Below, in pieces: positions 31,516 through 41,785 of a stretch of DNA of 64,000 nucleotides. The stretch comes from Frankiales bacterium (lineage in GTDB: Bacteria; Actinomycetota; Actinomycetes; Mycobacteriales; SCTD01). The position numbers and the translations under genes are program-made. The stretch is taken from contig JAOPWV010000077.1 in the NCBI GenBank assembly GCA_025965475.1, forward strand, positions 4,313-68,312. The letters run 5' to 3'. Numbering within the stretch: position 1 is the stretch's first letter; each line of letters opens with the position of its first letter. The notes under the pieces were generated by a model. It worked only from the letters and a program-made list of their open reading frames with translations, ran no database searches and had not been told where the DNA came from.

Positions 31516-32016
31516 ATGGCACTGACCGATCTCGACGTCGAAACCCTGCAGGGCGAGCGCACCACGCTCGGTGCGCTGACCGGCGGCCGCGCCGCTCTGG
31601 TCGTCAACGTCGCCTCGAAGTGCGGGCTCACGCCGCAGTACACGGGGCTCGAGCAGCTGCACGAGGAGCTGGCGGACCGCGGCTTCACCGTCCTCGGCGT
31701 GCCCTCCAACCAGTTCGGCGGCCAGGAGCCCGGGTCCGCCGACGAGATCGCGGAGTTCTGCTCGGCGACGTACGGCGTGACGTTCCCGATGCTGGCCAAG
31801 ACCGACGTGAACGGACCCGACCGGCACCCGCTGTTCGACACGCTGACGACGCAGCCGGATGCGGCCGGCGAGACCGGTGACGTGCGGTGGAACTTCGAGA
31901 AGTGGGTGCTGTCGCGCGACGGCGAGGTGCTGGCCCGCTTCCACCCGAAGACCGAGCCGTCCGACCCGGCGCTGCGCGAGGCCCTCGAGCGCGCCCTGAG
32001 CCCTGAGCGGCGCTAA
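31516..32016 (+). CDS. Glutathione peroxidase family protein (Cys-type)
   Basis: 166 aa. VNVASKCGLTPQY with a TGC Cys codon at 31621 (not TGA), LGVPSNQFGGQEPG, and WNFEKWV. Confidence 0.92.
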   Translation: MALTDLDVETLQGERTTLGALTGGRAALVVNVASKCGLTPQYTGLEQLHEELADRGFTVLGVPSNQFGGQEPGSADEIAEFCSATYGVTFPMLAKTDVNGPDRHPLFDTLTTQPDAAGETGDVRWNFEKWVLSRDGEVLARFHPKTEPSDPALREALERALSPERR

Positions 32017-32702
32017 GGCGCCAGTGCCAGCCGCAGGACCTGCTCGGCCGACCGGCGGTCCCCGGCCCAGCGCAGCCGGGGGTCGCCGGGGTCGAGCCGG
32101 TGCCACAACAGGAGCAGCAGGAGCTCGGCCGGTGCCGTGACGGTTGCGACCGGGTCGCCGTCGCCCAGGATCCAGGCGCCCGGCCCGTCGAGCGCCCGCA
32201 GCTCAAGGCCGACGGACGGAGCGGCGGTGCGGCCGAGCTCGATCTGCCGCGGCGCGAGCAGCTCGACGACCTCGGCCACGCCGTCCGCGGCCAGGGCCGG
32301 GTCGATGCCCGACGGCTCACCGACGGCCTGCTCCGCGTCCCACCGGTGCACGACCGTCTCGAGCGCCTGCCGGCGTACCCAGAACCCGGCCGTGCGGTCC
32401 GCCGTGAACGACCAGCAGGACGCGGACGGATCGGCCGTGGACAGGGCCGCCAGCAGGTCGTCGGCGCCGTCGGCGAACCAGGCCGCGAGGTCGTCGGCGC
32501 CGTCAGGGGCCGACTGCCCCTGCCGCTCCCCGGTGCTGACGATCAGGGTCGCCCAGCGGTGCACGCTGCCGAGGTGCAGCGTCAGGTCGCGCACCGACCA
32601 GCCGGGGCAGCCGGCCACCGGCTCGGTGAGCTCGGCGCGGGCGAGGACGCCGAGGACGGCGTCCGCGTCCCGGCGCAGGTGCTGCAGGTGATCCACCGTC
32701 AT
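32013..32702 (-). CDS. Maleylpyruvate isomerase family mycothiol-dependent enzyme (DinB-like, TIGR03083-type)
   Basis: 229 aa. The N-terminus CPGWSVRDLTLHLGSVHRW is typical of the family. Confidence 0.8.
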   Translation of the reverse strand: MTVDHLQHLRRDADAVLGVLARAELTEPVAGCPGWSVRDLTLHLGSVHRWATLIVSTGERQGQSAPDGADDLAAWFADGADDLLAALSTADPSASCWSFTADRTAGFWVRRQALETVVHRWDAEQAVGEPSGIDPALAADGVAEVVELLAPRQIELGRTAAPSVGLELRALDGPGAWILGDGDPVATVTAPAELLLLLLWHRLDPGDPRLRWAGDRRSAEQVLRLALAP

Positions 32703-32712
32703 CGATCCACCG

Positions 32713-33918
32713 TCATCCCGATCTCCTGGCCGCGACCCGCGCCACGACGAACAGCCCGGCGCCGGACAGTACGCCGAGCAGCAGGCAGCCGCCCCACAAC
32801 GCGTTCTCGCCCAGCCGGTCGAGGGTGGCCGTGCCGAGCGCAGGACCGACGAAAGCGGCGACGCCGTACGACAGCCCGTACATCCCCATGTAGCGACCGC
32901 GCAGGTGGGGCGGCGCGATGCTCGCGATGAGCGCCCCGAGCTGGCCGGCGCCGACGAGCTCGCCGAGCGTCCACACCGTGACCGCGGCGAGGTGGGTGGG
33001 CAGGGTGTCCGCGAAGGCCGTCAGGGCGAGACCGGCGCCGATCACGACGCCGCTGGCCAGGAGCAGCGGAGCGCGGCCGCGGCGGCCGAGCGCACCCAGC
33101 AGCAACGGCTGCAGCAGGACGATCAGCACGCAGTTCAGGCTGATGGCGATGCCGTACCCCCTGGTGCCCAGGCCGTCGGCCGTGATCGCCAGGGGCAGCG
33201 TGAAGAAGGCCTGCAGGTAGGCCACGCTCTGCAGGACCACGGATGCCACCAGCAGGAGCATCAGCCGGTCCCGGGCCACGTCCCGCAGCCTGCCGGGCTC
33301 GCGGTGGTGCTGCGGGCGGGTCTCCGGCACGCCGCGCAGGATGACCGCCGCGAAGACCAGCGAGGTGGCGGCGTCGCCGAGGAACAGCAGCCAGTAGCCG
33401 TGGTCGGCCAGGAGTCCGGCCAGCAGGGTGGCGACCGCGAAGCCCAGGTTGATCGCCCAGAACAGCAGGGCGTACGCCCGCGGCCGGTGCTTCTCGTCGA
33501 CCAGGTCGGCGATGGCGGCCTGCGAGGCCGGCCGGTACAGGTCGGCCGAGATCCCGTAGACGAAGACCGCCAGGCACAGCAGCGGCAGGCTGGTCGCTGC
33601 CCCGACCAGGACCAGGGTGGTGGCGGCGGCCACGAGCCCGCCGACCATGGTGCGCCGGCGCCCGACCCGGTCGGCCAGGACCCCACCGACGGGCTGGCTG
33701 ATCGCCAGCCCGAGCCCGTGGGCGGACAGCACCAGACCGGCCTGCGAGATCGACAGGCCGCGGGTGCGGGTGAGGTACAGGACCAGGAACGGGGCCACGA
33801 AGGCGCCGAGCCGGTTGACGAGGGCCCCGGTCCACAGCGCCCAGAACGCGCGGGGCAGGCCCCCGACCCGCGTCTCCCACCGGCCCGGCAGAGCCTCGGT
33901 GGGGGCGGGGATGTTCAT
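32713..33918 (-). CDS. MFS transporter
   Basis: Trimmed from the merged ORF 32713..35523 to the ATG at 33918 (MNIPAPTE). GGVLADRVGRRRTM is MFS motif A. About 12 TM helices. Confidence 0.88.
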   Translation of the reverse strand: MNIPAPTEALPGRWETRVGGLPRAFWALWTGALVNRLGAFVAPFLVLYLTRTRGLSISQAGLVLSAHGLGLAISQPVGGVLADRVGRRRTMVGGLVAAATTLVLVGAATSLPLLCLAVFVYGISADLYRPASQAAIADLVDEKHRPRAYALLFWAINLGFAVATLLAGLLADHGYWLLFLGDAATSLVFAAVILRGVPETRPQHHREPGRLRDVARDRLMLLLVASVVLQSVAYLQAFFTLPLAITADGLGTRGYGIAISLNCVLIVLLQPLLLGALGRRGRAPLLLASGVVIGAGLALTAFADTLPTHLAAVTVWTLGELVGAGQLGALIASIAPPHLRGRYMGMYGLSYGVAAFVGPALGTATLDRLGENALWGGCLLLGVLSGAGLFVVARVAARRSG

Positions 33919-33996
33919 GTTGTCGAGGTTGCCACGGCTGTCAGCCGGTTTGCGGTCGTTGGGCGCCTGGCCGTAGAGGTGGCAGGCTCCGGCGGC

Positions 33997-35541
33997 GTGA
34001 CGACTGACGCGACGGCCGACCCGGGCCATGCCCACCTGTCCGACCTGCGGGCCCTGGTCGAGAAGGGTGGGGCGGAGAAGTACCACGACGCCAACACCGC
34101 CAAAGGCAAGCTGTTCGCCCGCGACCGGGTGGCGCTGCTCGTCGACGCGGGCTCGTTCGTCGAGGACGGCCTGTACGCCAACGCGCTGGCCGGTGACCTG
34201 CCCGCGGACGGCGTGATGACCGGGACGGCGACCGTCGACGGCCGCCCCGTCTGCGTGATGGCCAACGACTCGACGGTCAAGGCCGGCTCGTGGGGCGCCC
34301 GCACCGTGGAGAAGATCATCCGGATCATCGAGACGGCGTACCGGACCGGCGTCCCGATGGTGTGGCTCGTCGACTCGGCGGGCGCGCGCATCACGGACCA
34401 GGTCGACCTGTTCCCGGGGCGCCGCGGGGCCGGCCGGATCTTCCACACGCAGGTCCGTGCCAGCGGGTCGATCCCTCAGGTGTGCGCCCTGTTCGGGCCG
34501 TCGGCAGCCGGGGGTGCCTACATCCCGGCGTTCTGCGACGTCGTGATCATGGTCGAGGGCAACGCATCGATGTACCTCGGCTCGGACCGCATGGTGGAGA
34601 TGGTCACCGGCGAGAAGACGACGCTGGAGGCGATGGGCGGTGCCAAGGTGCACTGCAGCGAGAGCGGCGTCGGGCACTTCCTGGTCAAGACCGAGCAGGA
34701 CGCGCTCGCGACCGTCCGGCGCTACCTGTCGTACTTCCCGTCGAACTGGGAGCAGCCCGCGCCCGAGGCGGCCCCGGCTCCCGCCAGGGACGTCGACCTG
34801 CGGGCGCTCGTGCCGGTGAGCGAGCGGCAGGCGTTCGACATGCGCCGCTACATCGCCGGGCTGGTCGACGAGGGCTCGTGGCTCGAGGTGCAGGCCCTGT
34901 GGGCCAGGGAGTTGACGGTCGGCTACGGGCGGCTCGACGGCAGGGTCGTCGGCGTCGTCGCCAACAACCCGATGTTCAAGGGCGGGGTGCTGTTCACCGA
35001 CAGCGCCGACAAGGCGGCCCGCTTCATCCAGACCTGCGACGCGTTCAACATCCCGCTGCTGTTCCTGTCCGACGTACCCGGCTTCATGGTCGGCTCGGTC
35101 GTCGAGAAGCAGGGCATCATCCGGCACGGCGCCAAGATGATCAGCGCGGTCAGCGAGGCGACGGTCCCGAAGATCAGCGTCATCGTGCGCAAGGCCTACG
35201 GCGCCGGGCTCTACGCCATGGCCGGACCGGGTTTCGAGCCGGATGCCGTGCTCGCGCTGCCGACCGCGAAGATCGCCGTGATGGGGGCGGAGGCGGCGGT
35301 CAACGCCGTGTACGCCAACAAGATCGCCGCGTTGCCGGAGGGCGAGCGGGAGGCGTTCGTCGCGGCCAAGCGGACCGAGTACGAGGTGGACATCGACATC
35401 GTGCGGCTCGCCAGCGAGCTGGTCGTCGACGGGCTCGTCGAGCCGGAGGACCTGCGGGACCAGCTGATCCGGCGCTACGCCGGGCTGCGCGGCAAGGACC
35501 GGACGTTCTCGCGCCGGCGCCACGGGATCACGCCCGTCTGA
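33997..35541 (+). CDS. Acyl-CoA carboxylase carboxyltransferase subunit (methylcrotonyl-CoA carboxylase beta-like)
   Basis: From the 32905..35541 frame. AKGKLFARDRVALLVDAGSF...VMANDSTVKAGSWG...FLSDVPGFMVG. The start is GTG 33997, or GTG 33979. Confidence 0.9.
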   Translation: MTTDATADPGHAHLSDLRALVEKGGAEKYHDANTAKGKLFARDRVALLVDAGSFVEDGLYANALAGDLPADGVMTGTATVDGRPVCVMANDSTVKAGSWGARTVEKIIRIIETAYRTGVPMVWLVDSAGARITDQVDLFPGRRGAGRIFHTQVRASGSIPQVCALFGPSAAGGAYIPAFCDVVIMVEGNASMYLGSDRMVEMVTGEKTTLEAMGGAKVHCSESGVGHFLVKTEQDALATVRRYLSYFPSNWEQPAPEAAPAPARDVDLRALVPVSERQAFDMRRYIAGLVDEGSWLEVQALWARELTVGYGRLDGRVVGVVANNPMFKGGVLFTDSADKAARFIQTCDAFNIPLLFLSDVPGFMVGSVVEKQGIIRHGAKMISAVSEATVPKISVIVRKAYGAGLYAMAGPGFEPDAVLALPTAKIAVMGAEAAVNAVYANKIAALPEGEREAFVAAKRTEYEVDIDIVRLASELVVDGLVEPEDLRDQLIRRYAGLRGKDRTFSRRRHGITPV

Positions 35542-35544
35542 GGT

Positions 35545-36093
35545 CTACAGACGCGTGGAGGCGATGGTGCCGTCCTCCACATCCTCCAGGGCGGCGGCGG
35601 CGGCAGGGTCGCCGTCGGCGGCAGCGCCCTGGACGGACTCCGGGGCGGCCCACACGAACCGCCGGTAGGACCAGAAGCGGAACGTCGTGCCGAGCACCAG
35701 CCCGACGCCGTTGGCCGAGATGTTGTCGGCGAGCTTGCTGTCGAGCCCGAGGACGTAGTGCGAGATCGCGAGGCAGCCGACCGCGATCACCAGGCCGATG
35801 GCGTTGAGGACGAAGAACATCGTGTACTCGCGCCGCACGCTGCTGCGCTGGCGGTGCCGGAACGACCAGGCCCGGTTGAGGAAGAAGGCCATCGTCGCGG
35901 CGACGATCGTCGAGAGGATCTTCGCGGTGACAGGCTTGCCGGTCGTGTGCAGCAGCAGGTTGAACAGGCCGATGTCGACGACGAAGGAGGCGGCCCCGAC
36001 GGTGCCGAACTTGGCCAGCTCGTGGAACGCCGCGCGCAGCCGTACCTCGAGGGACCGCAGGAGGCTGGGGCGCCCGGGCGCGGTCGTGGACAT
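35545..36093 (-). CDS. GtrA-family membrane protein
   Basis: About 182 aa from MSTTAPG. ELAKFGTVGAASFVVDIGLFNLL and FLNRAWSFR are GtrA hallmarks. An alternative start lies at 36114. Confidence 0.82.
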   Translation of the reverse strand: MSTTAPGRPSLLRSLEVRLRAAFHELAKFGTVGAASFVVDIGLFNLLLHTTGKPVTAKILSTIVAATMAFFLNRAWSFRHRQRSSVRREYTMFFVLNAIGLVIAVGCLAISHYVLGLDSKLADNISANGVGLVLGTTFRFWSYRRFVWAAPESVQGAAADGDPAAAAALEDVEDGTIASTRL

Positions 36094-36120
36094 CGGATCA
36101 GAATAGCGGCGCATGGGAGC

Positions 36121-37314
36121 ATGGCCCCAGCCCCGTTTCGCGGCCCCGGACTGGAGGACGACGTGCTCGACACCCGGCTCACCGAGGAGCAGGAGCAGCT
36201 GCGCAAGACCGTCGAGTCCTTCGCCCGAGAGGTCGTCGCTCCCGTCGCCGCACACCATGACGCGACCAAGACGTTCCCGTACGACGTCGTGCAGCAGATG
36301 GGTCAGATGGGGCTTTTCGGGCTGCCGTTCCCGGAGGCGTACGGCGGGATGGGCGGTGACTACTTCGCGCTGTGCCTGGCCCTGGAGGAGCTCGGGCGGG
36401 TCGACCAGTCGGTGGCCATCACGCTGGAGGCCGGTGTCTCCCTCGGCGCCATGCCGGTGTTCCGCTTCGGGACCGAGGAGCAGAAGCAGGAGTGGTTGCC
36501 GCGGCTGTGCTCGGCTGAGGTGCTCGGGGCGTTCGGGCTGACCGAGCCGGGCGCCGGGAGCGACGCCGGCGGTACCCGGACGACCGCGAAGCTCGTCGAG
36601 GGGCAGTGGGTCATCAACGGTTCCAAGGCGTTCATCACCAACTCGGGCACGGGCATCACCCGGCTGGTGACGGTGACCGCCGTGACGGCCGAGCAGCCGG
36701 GCGGCCGCAAGGAGATCAGTGCGATCCTGGTGCCGGTCCCCACTCCCGGGTTCACCGCCGAACCGCCGTACAACAAGGTCGGGTGGAACGCCTCGGACAC
36801 CCATCCGCTGACCTTCGACGACGTGCGCGTGCCGGAGCAGAACCTGCTCGGCGAGCGCGGCCGGGGCTACGCGAACTTCCTGCAGATCCTCGACGAGGGC
36901 CGCATCGCGATCGCCGCGCTGTCGGTCGGCGCCGCGCAGGGTTGCGTCGACGAGAGCGTGAAGTACGCCAAGGAGCGCGAGGCGTTCGGCCGCCCGATCG
37001 GGCAGAACCAGGCCATCGCCTTCAAGATCGCCGAGATGGAGGCGCGGGCCCACGTCGCGCGGTGTACCTACTACGACGCTGCCGCCAGGATGCTGGCCGG
37101 TCTGCCGTTCAAGAAGCAGGCGGCGATCGCCAAGCTGGTGTCCTCGAACGCCGCGATGGACAACGCCCGCGACGCCACGCAGATCCATGGGGGCTACGGG
37201 TTCATGAACGACTATCCGGTCGCCCGGCACTACCGCGACTCGAAGATCCTCGAGATCGGCGAGGGGACCAGCGAGGTCCAGAAGATGCTCATCGCACGGG
37301 AGCTGGGGCTGTGA
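36121..37314 (+). CDS. Acyl-CoA dehydrogenase (isovaleryl/short-branched-chain type)
   Basis: 397 aa from the ATG at 36121. GLTEPGAGSDAGG, the IHGGYGFMNDYP...RDSKILEIGEGTSEVQ tail. Confidence 0.9.
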   Translation: MAPAPFRGPGLEDDVLDTRLTEEQEQLRKTVESFAREVVAPVAAHHDATKTFPYDVVQQMGQMGLFGLPFPEAYGGMGGDYFALCLALEELGRVDQSVAITLEAGVSLGAMPVFRFGTEEQKQEWLPRLCSAEVLGAFGLTEPGAGSDAGGTRTTAKLVEGQWVINGSKAFITNSGTGITRLVTVTAVTAEQPGGRKEISAILVPVPTPGFTAEPPYNKVGWNASDTHPLTFDDVRVPEQNLLGERGRGYANFLQILDEGRIAIAALSVGAAQGCVDESVKYAKEREAFGRPIGQNQAIAFKIAEMEARAHVARCTYYDAAARMLAGLPFKKQAAIAKLVSSNAAMDNARDATQIHGGYGFMNDYPVARHYRDSKILEIGEGTSEVQKMLIARELGL

Positions 37315-38108
37315 GCCAGGCTCTCCCTGTCACCGAAGGAGACGCAGTGCCTGACCGCTGGCTCGAGTTCGACGGGCTGGTCAACGTCCGGGACGTGGGC
37401 GGGCTGCCGACCGCCGACGGCGCGAAGACGGCGCCTGGCGTGCTGCTGCGCTCGGACAACCTGCAGGGCCTGAGCGAGCGGGACGTGCGCCGGCTCGTGG
37501 ACGAGTTCGGGCTGCAGACCGTCCTGGATCTGCGTACGCCGGGCGAGATCGCGGGCGAAGGACCCGGGCCGCTGCACGCGCGCGAGGTCCGGCACGTCGC
37601 CCTCAACCTGATCCCGCACTGGGACCCGCGCGAGCCGGATGCCGCCGACCGGATCGTCCCGCACGAGAAGCGCGAGGCGGGCGACCTGTCGCACCACTAC
37701 GTCGGGTATCTCGAGGAGGCGCCGGAGAACGTCGTGCAGGCGCTGCGCCTGCTGGCCGACCCGGCCACCGGTCCCGCGGTCGTGCACTGCGCGGCCGGCA
37801 AGGACCGCACCGGTGTCGTGGTCGCGCTGGCGCTCCTCGTGGCCGGTGTCCCCCGCGACGAGGTCGTCGCGGACTACGCGCTGACCGACCAGCGGATCGC
37901 GGCGATCCGCGCCCGGCTGGAGGCCTCGCCGACGTACGCCGACGACATGCGGCACCGCACCCTCGACGACATGCGGCCGCACGCGCTGTCCATGTGGCAC
38001 TTCCTCGACCGCCTCGACGAGCGCGGCGGGCTGGAGGCCTGGCTGGAGCGGCACGGGTTCGCGGCCGCCGAGCAGGCCGCGCTGCGGGCCAGGTTGACGG
38101 CGGCGTGA
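37311..38108 (+). CDS. Tyrosine-protein phosphatase (Y_phosphatase3 family)
   Basis: The GTG overlaps the ACAD stop. The catalytic loop is VHCAAGKDRTG (CX5R(T/S)). NVRDVGGL is typical of the N-terminus. Confidence 0.82.
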   Translation: MSQALPVTEGDAVPDRWLEFDGLVNVRDVGGLPTADGAKTAPGVLLRSDNLQGLSERDVRRLVDEFGLQTVLDLRTPGEIAGEGPGPLHAREVRHVALNLIPHWDPREPDAADRIVPHEKREAGDLSHHYVGYLEEAPENVVQALRLLADPATGPAVVHCAAGKDRTGVVVALALLVAGVPRDEVVADYALTDQRIAAIRARLEASPTYADDMRHRTLDDMRPHALSMWHFLDRLDERGGLEAWLERHGFAAAEQAALRARLTAA

Positions 38109-39265
38109 CGATCCGCGGCGCGATGGGCCTGCCGGTCGTCGGCATGGTCGGCGGCGGTCAGCTCTCCCGGATGACCCATCAGGCGGCGATCGCCCTCGGC
38201 CTGTCGCTGCGGGTGCTCGCCGACGCGACGCACGACAGCGCGGCGCTGGTCGCCAACGGCGTCGTGCTCGGCGAGCACACCTCGCTGGCGGATCTGCGGT
38301 CGTTCGCCGCCGACTGCGAGGTCGTGACCTTCGACCACGAGCACGTCCCCGGCGAGCTCATCGAGGCGCTCGAGGCCGACGGCGTGCAGGTCTACCCCAG
38401 CTCGGCGGCCCTGCGGCATGCGCAGGACAAGCTGGTGATGCGCGAGCGGCTGGCCGGTCTGGGTGCGCCGGTGCCGCCGTTCTGCCCGATCGCGACCCTC
38501 GCGGACGTCGAGGGCTTCGGGCGGCACGTCGGCTGGCCGCTGGTCCTCAAGGCGGCCACCGGCGGCTACGACGGCAAGGGTGTCTGGGTGGTGCGGACGC
38601 CCGAGGAGGCCGCCGAGATCATCAGTTCCGGCGTACGCCTGATGGCCGAGCAGCTCGTGCCGCTCCAGCGCGAGCTCGCCGCGGTGGTGGCGCGCTCGCC
38701 GTACGGCCAGGCGGCGGCGTGGCCGGTCGTGGAGACGGTCCAGGAGGACGGGATGTGCGTCGAGGTCGTGGCGCCCGCGCCGGGGCTGTCGGAGGAGCGG
38801 GCCCTCGAGGCCCAGGGGCTGGCGCTGCGTCTCGCGCAGGAGCTTGACGTGGTGGGCGTGCTCGCCGTCGAGCTGTTCGAGACCGCCGACGGACTGCTGG
38901 TCAACGAGCTGGCGATGCGGCCGCACAACTCCGCGCACTGGACGATCGAGGGCTCACGGACCTCCCAGTTCGAGCAGCACCTGCGGGCGGTGCTCGACTA
39001 CCCGCTCGGCACCACGCAGCTGACCGCGCCCTGGGTCGTGATGGCCAACGTGCTGGGCGGGCCGGACGCGGAGGGCTTCGACGAGCGGCTGCACATGCTG
39101 TTCGCCAAGGACCCGTCGCTGAAGGTGCACCTGTACGGCAAGGAGGTCCGGCCCGGCCGCAAGATCGGGCACGTGACCGCGCTCGCGGCGCCGGGGGAGG
39201 GCCTGGACGACGTACGACGGCGCGCCCGGGAGGGTGCGGACCATCTGAGGGGCGGAACAGCGTGA
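38105..39265 (+). CDS. purK: 5-(carboxyamino)imidazole ribonucleotide synthase
   Basis: [13 protein letters not shown], an ATP-grasp region, [14 protein letters not shown]. The GTG at 38105 overlaps the upstream stop, and an alternative ATG lies at 38123. Confidence 0.92.
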   Translation: MTIRGAMGLPVVGMVGGGQLSRMTHQAAIALGLSLRVLADATHDSAALVANGVVLGEHTSLADLRSFAADCEVVTFDHEHVPGELIEALEADGVQVYPSSAALRHAQDKLVMRERLAGLGAPVPPFCPIATLADVEGFGRHVGWPLVLKAATGGYDGKGVWVVRTPEEAAEIISSGVRLMAEQLVPLQRELAAVVARSPYGQAAAWPVVETVQEDGMCVEVVAPAPGLSEERALEAQGLALRLAQELDVVGVLAVELFETADGLLVNELAMRPHNSAHWTIEGSRTSQFEQHLRAVLDYPLGTTQLTAPWVVMANVLGGPDAEGFDERLHMLFAKDPSLKVHLYGKEVRPGRKIGHVTALAAPGEGLDDVRRRAREGADHLRGGTA

Positions 39266-39756
39266 TCGTCGGGATCGTCATGGGCAGCGACTCGGACTGG
39301 CCGGTCATGCAGGGCGCGTCGGAGGCGCTGACGGAGTTCGACGTCTCCCACGAGGTACGGGTCGTCTCCGCCCACCGGACTCCGCGCGACATGCTCGACT
39401 GGGCGGCGGCCGCGGCCGGTCGCGGGTTACGGGTGGTCATCGCCGGGGCCGGCGGCGCGGCGCACCTGCCGGGCATGGTCGCGTCGATGACGCCACTGCC
39501 GGTGATCGGCGTACCCGTCCCGCTCAAGCACCTCGACGGCATGGACTCGCTCCTGTCGATCGTGCAGATGCCGGCGGGTGTCCCCGTCGCGACGGTCGGG
39601 GTCGCGGGCGCGCGCAACGCGGGCCTGCTCGCGGTGCGGATCCTGGCCGCGTCGGACGAGGGGCTGCGCAAACGTATGGAGGCGTTCCAGGCCGAGCTGG
39701 CCGACAGTGCCCGCGCGAAGGACGCGGCCCTGCAGGAGCGGCTACGCGGCAGTTGA
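39262..39756 (+). CDS. purE: 5-(carboxyamino)imidazole ribonucleotide mutase
   Basis: 164 aa. [13 protein letters not shown]...VSAHRTP...[13 protein letters not shown]. Confidence 0.95.
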   Translation: MIVGIVMGSDSDWPVMQGASEALTEFDVSHEVRVVSAHRTPRDMLDWAAAAAGRGLRVVIAGAGGAAHLPGMVASMTPLPVIGVPVPLKHLDGMDSLLSIVQMPAGVPVATVGVAGARNAGLLAVRILAASDEGLRKRMEAFQAELADSARAKDAALQERLRGS

Positions 39757-39928
39757 GCGGCTGAGCAGTCGCGCGACGCTCTCGCGCGCGGCCGCGTCGT
39801 GCAGGCCGCTGGTCACCGTGGCCAGGTCCAGTACCGGGCACGGCGGAACCAGGACGCTCAGCGGGTCCGGGTGGTCCTCCATGGGCCCATGATCGACCGG
39901 AGAGCCCGCCTCCTGAGCGTTCTCCGCC

Positions 39929-40330
39929 TCACTGTGGTGACAGTGGGCCGTGCGCGCCCCATTCGATCTTCGGGCAGACGTTCATGACGACGTCCAGCCC
40001 CGCGTTGCGGGCCCGCTCGGCGGCGTCGTCGTCGACCACGCCGAGCTGCATCCAGACCGCCTTGGCGCCGACCGCGACGGCCTGGTCGACGAGCGGCCCG
40101 ACGAGTTCCGAGCGCACGAAGCAGTCGACGACGTCGACGGGGAACGGGATCTCGGCGAGCGTCGCGTAGCCCTGCTCGCCGTGTACGACGGGAGCCGTCG
40201 GGTGCACCGGAACGATCCGCTTGCCCTGGGCCTGCAGGAAGGCGGCGACCCCGTACGCCGCCCGGCTCGTGTCGTTGGACAGCCCCACGACCGCCCAGGT
40301 ACCCATGGCCAGCTGGCTCGCGACAGTCAT
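39929..40330 (-). CDS. CoA-binding domain protein (YccU-like)
   Basis: 133 aa from MTVASQLAMGTWAVVGLSND...VPVHP...VDVVDCFVRSE...GAKAVWMQLG. Confidence 0.82.
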   Translation of the reverse strand: MTVASQLAMGTWAVVGLSNDTSRAAYGVAAFLQAQGKRIVPVHPTAPVVHGEQGYATLAEIPFPVDVVDCFVRSELVGPLVDQAVAVGAKAVWMQLGVVDDDAAERARNAGLDVVMNVCPKIEWGAHGPLSPQ

Positions 40331-40383
40331 GGGCCCGACACTAGGCGGCGGGGCGGGGCGGGGTCCGGGCGGCGGGGCCGAGA

Positions 40384-41721
40384 TCAGGGGCGGCCGAGGG
40401 CGCGGTAGGTCCAGCCGGCCTGGCGCCAGGCGACCGGGTCGAGGGCGTTGCGGCCGTCGAGGATGTTGCGGCCGGCGACGACCTCGGACAGGGTCGCCGG
40501 GTCCATCTCCCGGAACTCCGACCACTCGGTCAGGTGCAGGACGAGGTCGGCGCCTCGGGCGGCCTCGACCGCCGAGCTGCGGTAGCCGAGCTCGGGGTGC
40601 TGGACCTTGGCGTTCTCCATCGCCGCCGGGTCGTACACGCACACCGCGGCGCCCTGGCGCTGGATCGTGGCCGCCACGTCGAGGGCAGGGCTGTCGCGGA
40701 TGTCGTCGCTGTTCGGCTTGAAGGCGGCGCCGAGGACGGCGACCTTCATCCCGCCGAACGAGCCCCCCGCAACCTCGCGGGCGAGTTCGACCATCCGGGT
40801 CCGCCGGCGCAGGTTGATCGCGTCGACCTCCTTGAGGAACGACAGCGCCTGGTCGACGCCGAGCTCCCCGGCCCGGGCCATGAACGCGCGGATGTCCTTG
40901 GGCAGGCAGCCGCCGCCGAAGCCGAGCCCGGCGTGCAGGAACCGTCCGCCGATTCGGCTGTCGTACGACAGCGCCTTGCTCAGCAGGGTCACGTCCCCGC
41001 CGACCGCCTCGCAGACCTCGGCCATCGCGTTGATGAAGGAGATCTTGGTGGCGAGGAACGCGTTGGCCGCGACCTTCACGAGCTGCGCCGTGGCGAAGTC
41101 GGTCACGACGACGGGGGTCGGCAGGTCGATCACCGGCGCGAAGGCCGCGCGCAGCTTGGCCTCGGCCTGCTCGGACCGCACGCCGAACACCAGCCGGTCG
41201 GGGGTGAGGGTGTCCTCGACCGCGAAGCCTTCGCGCAGGAACTCGGGGTTCCAGGTCAGCTCGACGCCCACGGCCGTCGCGTCCCGCTCGAGCTGGGCGG
41301 CGAGGCGCTCCGCCGTCCCGGCCGGCACCGTCGACTTGCCCGCCACGAGCGCACCGTCGCGCAGGTGCGGGAGCAGGGCGGTGAACGCGGCGTCGACGTA
41401 GACCATGTCGGCCGCCATCTCGCCCTTCTTCTGCGGCGTGCCGACGCACAGGAAGTGCACGTCCCCGAAGGCGCCCACCTCCGCGTACGACGTGGTGAAG
41501 CGCAGCCGGCCGGAGTCGAGGTTCTTCTGCAGGAGCTCCGGCAGCCCGGGCTCGAAGAACGGCACCTCACCGTTGTTGAGCCGGTCGACCTTGCTCCGGT
41601 CCACGTCGAGCCCGAGCACCTCGAAGCCGAGTTCGGCCATGCACACGGCGTGGGTGGCACCGAGGTAGCCGGTCCCGATCACGGTCAGGCGGGGCCGGGT
41701 GGCGACGGAGGGCGAGCTCAT
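40384..41721 (-). CDS. UDP-glucose 6-dehydrogenase family protein
   Basis: LTVIGTGYLGATHAVCMAELG, GFGGGCLPKD (catalytic Cys). I prefer the ATG at 41721 over the ORF-track start at 41829. Confidence 0.9.
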   Translation of the reverse strand: MSSPSVATRPRLTVIGTGYLGATHAVCMAELGFEVLGLDVDRSKVDRLNNGEVPFFEPGLPELLQKNLDSGRLRFTTSYAEVGAFGDVHFLCVGTPQKKGEMAADMVYVDAAFTALLPHLRDGALVAGKSTVPAGTAERLAAQLERDATAVGVELTWNPEFLREGFAVEDTLTPDRLVFGVRSEQAEAKLRAAFAPVIDLPTPVVVTDFATAQLVKVAANAFLATKISFINAMAEVCEAVGGDVTLLSKALSYDSRIGGRFLHAGLGFGGGCLPKDIRAFMARAGELGVDQALSFLKEVDAINLRRRTRMVELAREVAGGSFGGMKVAVLGAAFKPNSDDIRDSPALDVAATIQRQGAAVCVYDPAAMENAKVQHPELGYRSSAVEAARGADLVLHLTEWSEFREMDPATLSEVVAGRNILDGRNALDPVAWRQAGWTYRALGRP

Positions 41722-41785
41722 GAGGCTGGAGCGTAGTGGGGCCATGGCAGTCAGTCGCCGCGCCGCGCGTCTTACCATTCCCGGC

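Noticed and set aside
31621-31623. Possible selenocysteine codon in the glutathione peroxidase active site.
   Set aside because: The active-site codon is TGC (Cys), not TGA, so there is no recoding.
39742-39882. 46-codon minus-strand ORF ([46 protein letters not shown]) in the purE / CoA-binding-protein intergenic gap.
   Set aside because: It has no recognisable family and no clear RBS, and it overlaps the purE 3' end. It could be chance in GC-rich DNA. It would be worth a look only if Ribo-seq data exist.
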